Assembly (NCBI GenBank): GCA_963605395.1
Contig: CAVCVB010000002.1
Coordinates: forward strand, 7,381-71,380
Length of the DNA: 64,000 nt
Direction of reading: 5' to 3'
Origin: Firmicutes bacterium CAG:194
GTDB lineage: Archaea; Thermoplasmatota; Thermoplasmata; Methanomassiliicoccales; Methanomethylophilaceae
Made by a program: the position numbers and the translations under genes. Position 1 is the stretch's first letter. Each line of letters starts with the position of its first letter. Below the pieces are notes generated by a model. It did not search any database. It was not told the origin of the DNA and worked only from the letters and a program-made list of their open reading frames with translations. Shown here piece after piece: positions 61,912 through 64,000 of this stretch.

Positions 61912-62829
61912 ATGAGCCGGCAGAAGGCAATCGCACTCGCAATGGCAGTCGTCCTCTCGACGATCGTGCTGTCCTGCATCCAGGATGCCGAAGGCGCGTC
62001 CAATGCCGACCCGGAGCCGACGCCCGTGTCGTACACTTTCTACGGGTACGTGGCCACGATCGATCAGGAGGACAACAAGCCCCTGAGCGGCGTCACGGTT
62101 AGGCTCTACAACATCGACAAAGTGGAGATCGATGCCTGCGAGACCGATGAGGACGGGAAGTTCGAGTTCACTGTCATCGACTACGACAGCGACAAAGCCC
62201 ACTACATCACGCTGGAGTACTCCGAGTACGCCGTCAGGGCCCACCCGAACATGACGTCCAACGGCGAGGCCGATGACGGCAACTACTTCCCGTTCACCCT
62301 GGACTCCAGCAAGCTGGATGCGGATGGCAAGTACGCCCTGACCGGCACGGCCGACAGCAGGTCCTCGATCATCATGGCCGTCACCGTCGGAGAGGTCTTC
62401 GGCAGCGTGTACGGAGACGTTTCCGGGTCGTCCACCGGCCTGAACGGTGCGAAGATCACACTCACGGCCAAAGACAGTAAGAAGAACTACACTGCCGTCA
62501 CGGACGAGCAGGGGTACTTCTCGATCAAATGCCCTTACGGGATGTACGACATGCTGGTCACATGCAACGGGTTCGAGAGCGAGAGCTCCGGTGAAGTGAG
62601 TCCGAGCAGCGGCTTCGCGTATATCGTAACCCTCAAGAACATCAAGTCCGACGTGATCTTCGGACTGGACAACGCCCACTCGATGATGCTCATCGGATTC
62701 GTCGTCCTGGTCCTGATGCTGGTCACCACGATCTCGCTGGCCAGATGGTCGAAGAAGCCCAACTCCCCTGTCCAGATCGAGAACGACCTCGAGCCGGCGA
62801 AGACGGACGACGATCTCAGAGATCTCTGA
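61912..62829 (+). CDS. secreted/anchored protein with two carboxypeptidase-regulatory-like (beta-sandwich) domains
   Basis: signal peptide, PLSGVTVRL..TDEDGKF, GAKITL..TDEQGYFSI..PYG.Y, C-terminal TM helix. Confidence 0.8.
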   Translation: MSRQKAIALAMAVVLSTIVLSCIQDAEGASNADPEPTPVSYTFYGYVATIDQEDNKPLSGVTVRLYNIDKVEIDACETDEDGKFEFTVIDYDSDKAHYITLEYSEYAVRAHPNMTSNGEADDGNYFPFTLDSSKLDADGKYALTGTADSRSSIIMAVTVGEVFGSVYGDVSGSSTGLNGAKITLTAKDSKKNYTAVTDEQGYFSIKCPYGMYDMLVTCNGFESESSGEVSPSSGFAYIVTLKNIKSDVIFGLDNAHSMMLIGFVVLVLMLVTTISLARWSKKPNSPVQIENDLEPAKTDDDLRDL

Positions 62830-63385
62830 CGAGCGATCCGTTGACCTTGTCGTAGAGGCTCCTGCCCTGGGCGTCTATCGCCACTATGAGCGGGCCGAAC
62901 CTCTGGGCCTCGAAATGCCACATGGCCTCCGCCATGCCAAGGTCCAGCCAGTCCACGCCGGTGCACCTGTCCAGGCCCTCGGCGAGCGTTATGGCCGCTC
63001 CCCCGGTGGCCGCCAGGTAGACGCATCCGTAGTCCTTCATGGCCTCGGCCGTCGGCTTGGACATGCCTCCCTTCCCGACGATCGCGCGGATGTTGAACGT
63101 GGCGATCATCTCGGGCTCCAGCTTGTTCATCCTGGCGGATGTGGTGGGCCCTGCGGCGACGACCGCCCAGGAACCGTCCTCCCTCTGCCTCATTATGGGG
63201 CCGCAGTGGAATATCACGGCCTTGTCGAGCCCTTCGGGGACGTCCTCGCCCTTCTCGGCCATCTCCAGCGCGCGGATGTGCATCTCGTCGCGGCCGGTTA
63301 TTATCGGGCCCGAGAGGAAGACGGTCTCTCCGAGCTCCAGGGACCTGACGGTCTCCTCGTCCAGAGGAGCTGTGAGGACCTTCAA
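62816..63385 (-). CDS. fumarate hydratase/tartrate dehydratase beta subunit
   Basis: LSGPIITGRDEMH, FHCGP, AAGPTTSARM, GKGGM, DLGMAEA, IDAQG; probable TTG start. Confidence 0.92.
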   Translation of the reverse strand: MKVLTAPLDEETVRSLELGETVFLSGPIITGRDEMHIRALEMAEKGEDVPEGLDKAVIFHCGPIMRQREDGSWAVVAAGPTTSARMNKLEPEMIATFNIRAIVGKGGMSKPTAEAMKDYGCVYLAATGGAAITLAEGLDRCTGVDWLDLGMAEAMWHFEAQRFGPLIVAIDAQGRSLYDKVNGSLVRDL

Positions 63386-64000
63386 AGCGTCACCCCCTGT
63401 GAGTACTCGACGCCTTCCGCGGTTATGCGGGCGGACGCCCTGCGGGTGGCCCAGCAGCCTATGTTGACGGCCACAGGAAGGCTCGCGGTGTGGCAGGCGC
63501 ACTTCTTCAGCCTGACCTTCAGGACGGTCGTGTCCCCTCCGAGGCCCATCGGCCCCAGGCCGGAGCGGTTGAGCGCGATGAAGAGCTCCTCCTCCAGCTC
63601 CCTGAGGGCCTTGTCGGGGTTGTCCTCGTCGATGGGCATGAGGAGGGCCTCCTTGGCCATCTCGACGCATCTGTCCGAGGTTCCGCCGATCCCCACTCCG
63701 ACGATGGACGGGGGGCACGGGCGGCCTCCTGCATCGAGGACGGAGTCCATGACGAACCTCTTCACGCCTTCGATGCCGTCCGCAGGATTGAGCATGGCCA
63801 AGCGGGTCATGTTCTCGGACCCGGCGCCCTTGGGGAGCACGGTTATCTCCGTGAAGTCGTCGTCCGTCGGGATGTAATGGATTATGGGCATGCCGTCGCC
63901 CAGGTTGTCCCCCAGGTTCTGCCTGGTGAGCGGGTCGACGGTGTTCGGCCTGAGCGGGATGCTGCGGGTGGCCCTGCGGACCCCCTCGGCGATCTTCCCC
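63382..64000 (-). CDS. fumarate hydratase/tartrate dehydratase alpha subunit (5' end outside the window)
   Basis: IPLRPNTV, PKGAGSEN, PCPP, GIGGT, GLGPMGLGG, HTASLPVAVNIGCWA.R. Confidence 0.92.
   Translation of the reverse strand, partial: GKIAEGVRRATRSIPLRPNTVDPLTRQNLGDNLGDGMPIIHYIPTDDDFTEITVLPKGAGSENMTRLAMLNPADGIEGVKRFVMDSVLDAGGRPCPPSIVGVGIGGTSDRCVEMAKEALLMPIDEDNPDKALRELEEELFIALNRSGLGPMGLGGDTTVLKVRLKKCACHTASLPVAVNIGCWATRRASARITAEGVEYSQGVTL

Overview
This is a GC-rich archaeal chromosome segment, most likely from a Methanomassiliicoccales (Methanomethylophilaceae-like) methanogen. The evidence is a pyrrolysine-type dimethylamine methyltransferase with its corrinoid partner, archaeal rpl18e-rpl13-rps9-rpoN, aTrm56 and Elp3, bacterial-type gyrBA and a Thermoplasmata-like gene set. 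Most of the window is housekeeping: CDC48, Elp3, trxAB, folP, larA, a glnHPQ-type ABC transporter, two HdrD/GlcF-like Fe-S proteins, two Lhr helicases, rlmE, rarA, purM, parvulin, gyrase, thiC family, EndoIV/Ogg1, a rubredoxin-GltB fusion, fumarate hydratase and five tRNAs (Pro, Asn, probable Ile2, Phe, Thr). Accessory parts are a methylamine cluster (mtbC, mtbB with amber/Pyl, DMT permease, two small ORFs, MarR), three AAA_14/DUF4143 ATPase-nuclease genes, YhcG, an orphan AbiEi antitoxin and several gene remnants. The most unusual signals are: (i) each DUF4143 gene is preceded by a 23-bp-period array of near-palindromic GAA-W-TTC-type boxes, and one gene is bracketed by a 46-bp direct repeat of that array; (ii) a conserved GTGCGC-N5/6-GCRCGCGT motif sits against the AT-rich promoter tract of gyrB, larA and an EndoIV-like gene; (iii) a GG-less ubiquitin-like gene is paired with a degenerate JAB-like gene; (iv) an EndoIV paralog appears catalytically degenerate. 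All product calls come from motif recognition by eye, not database searches.
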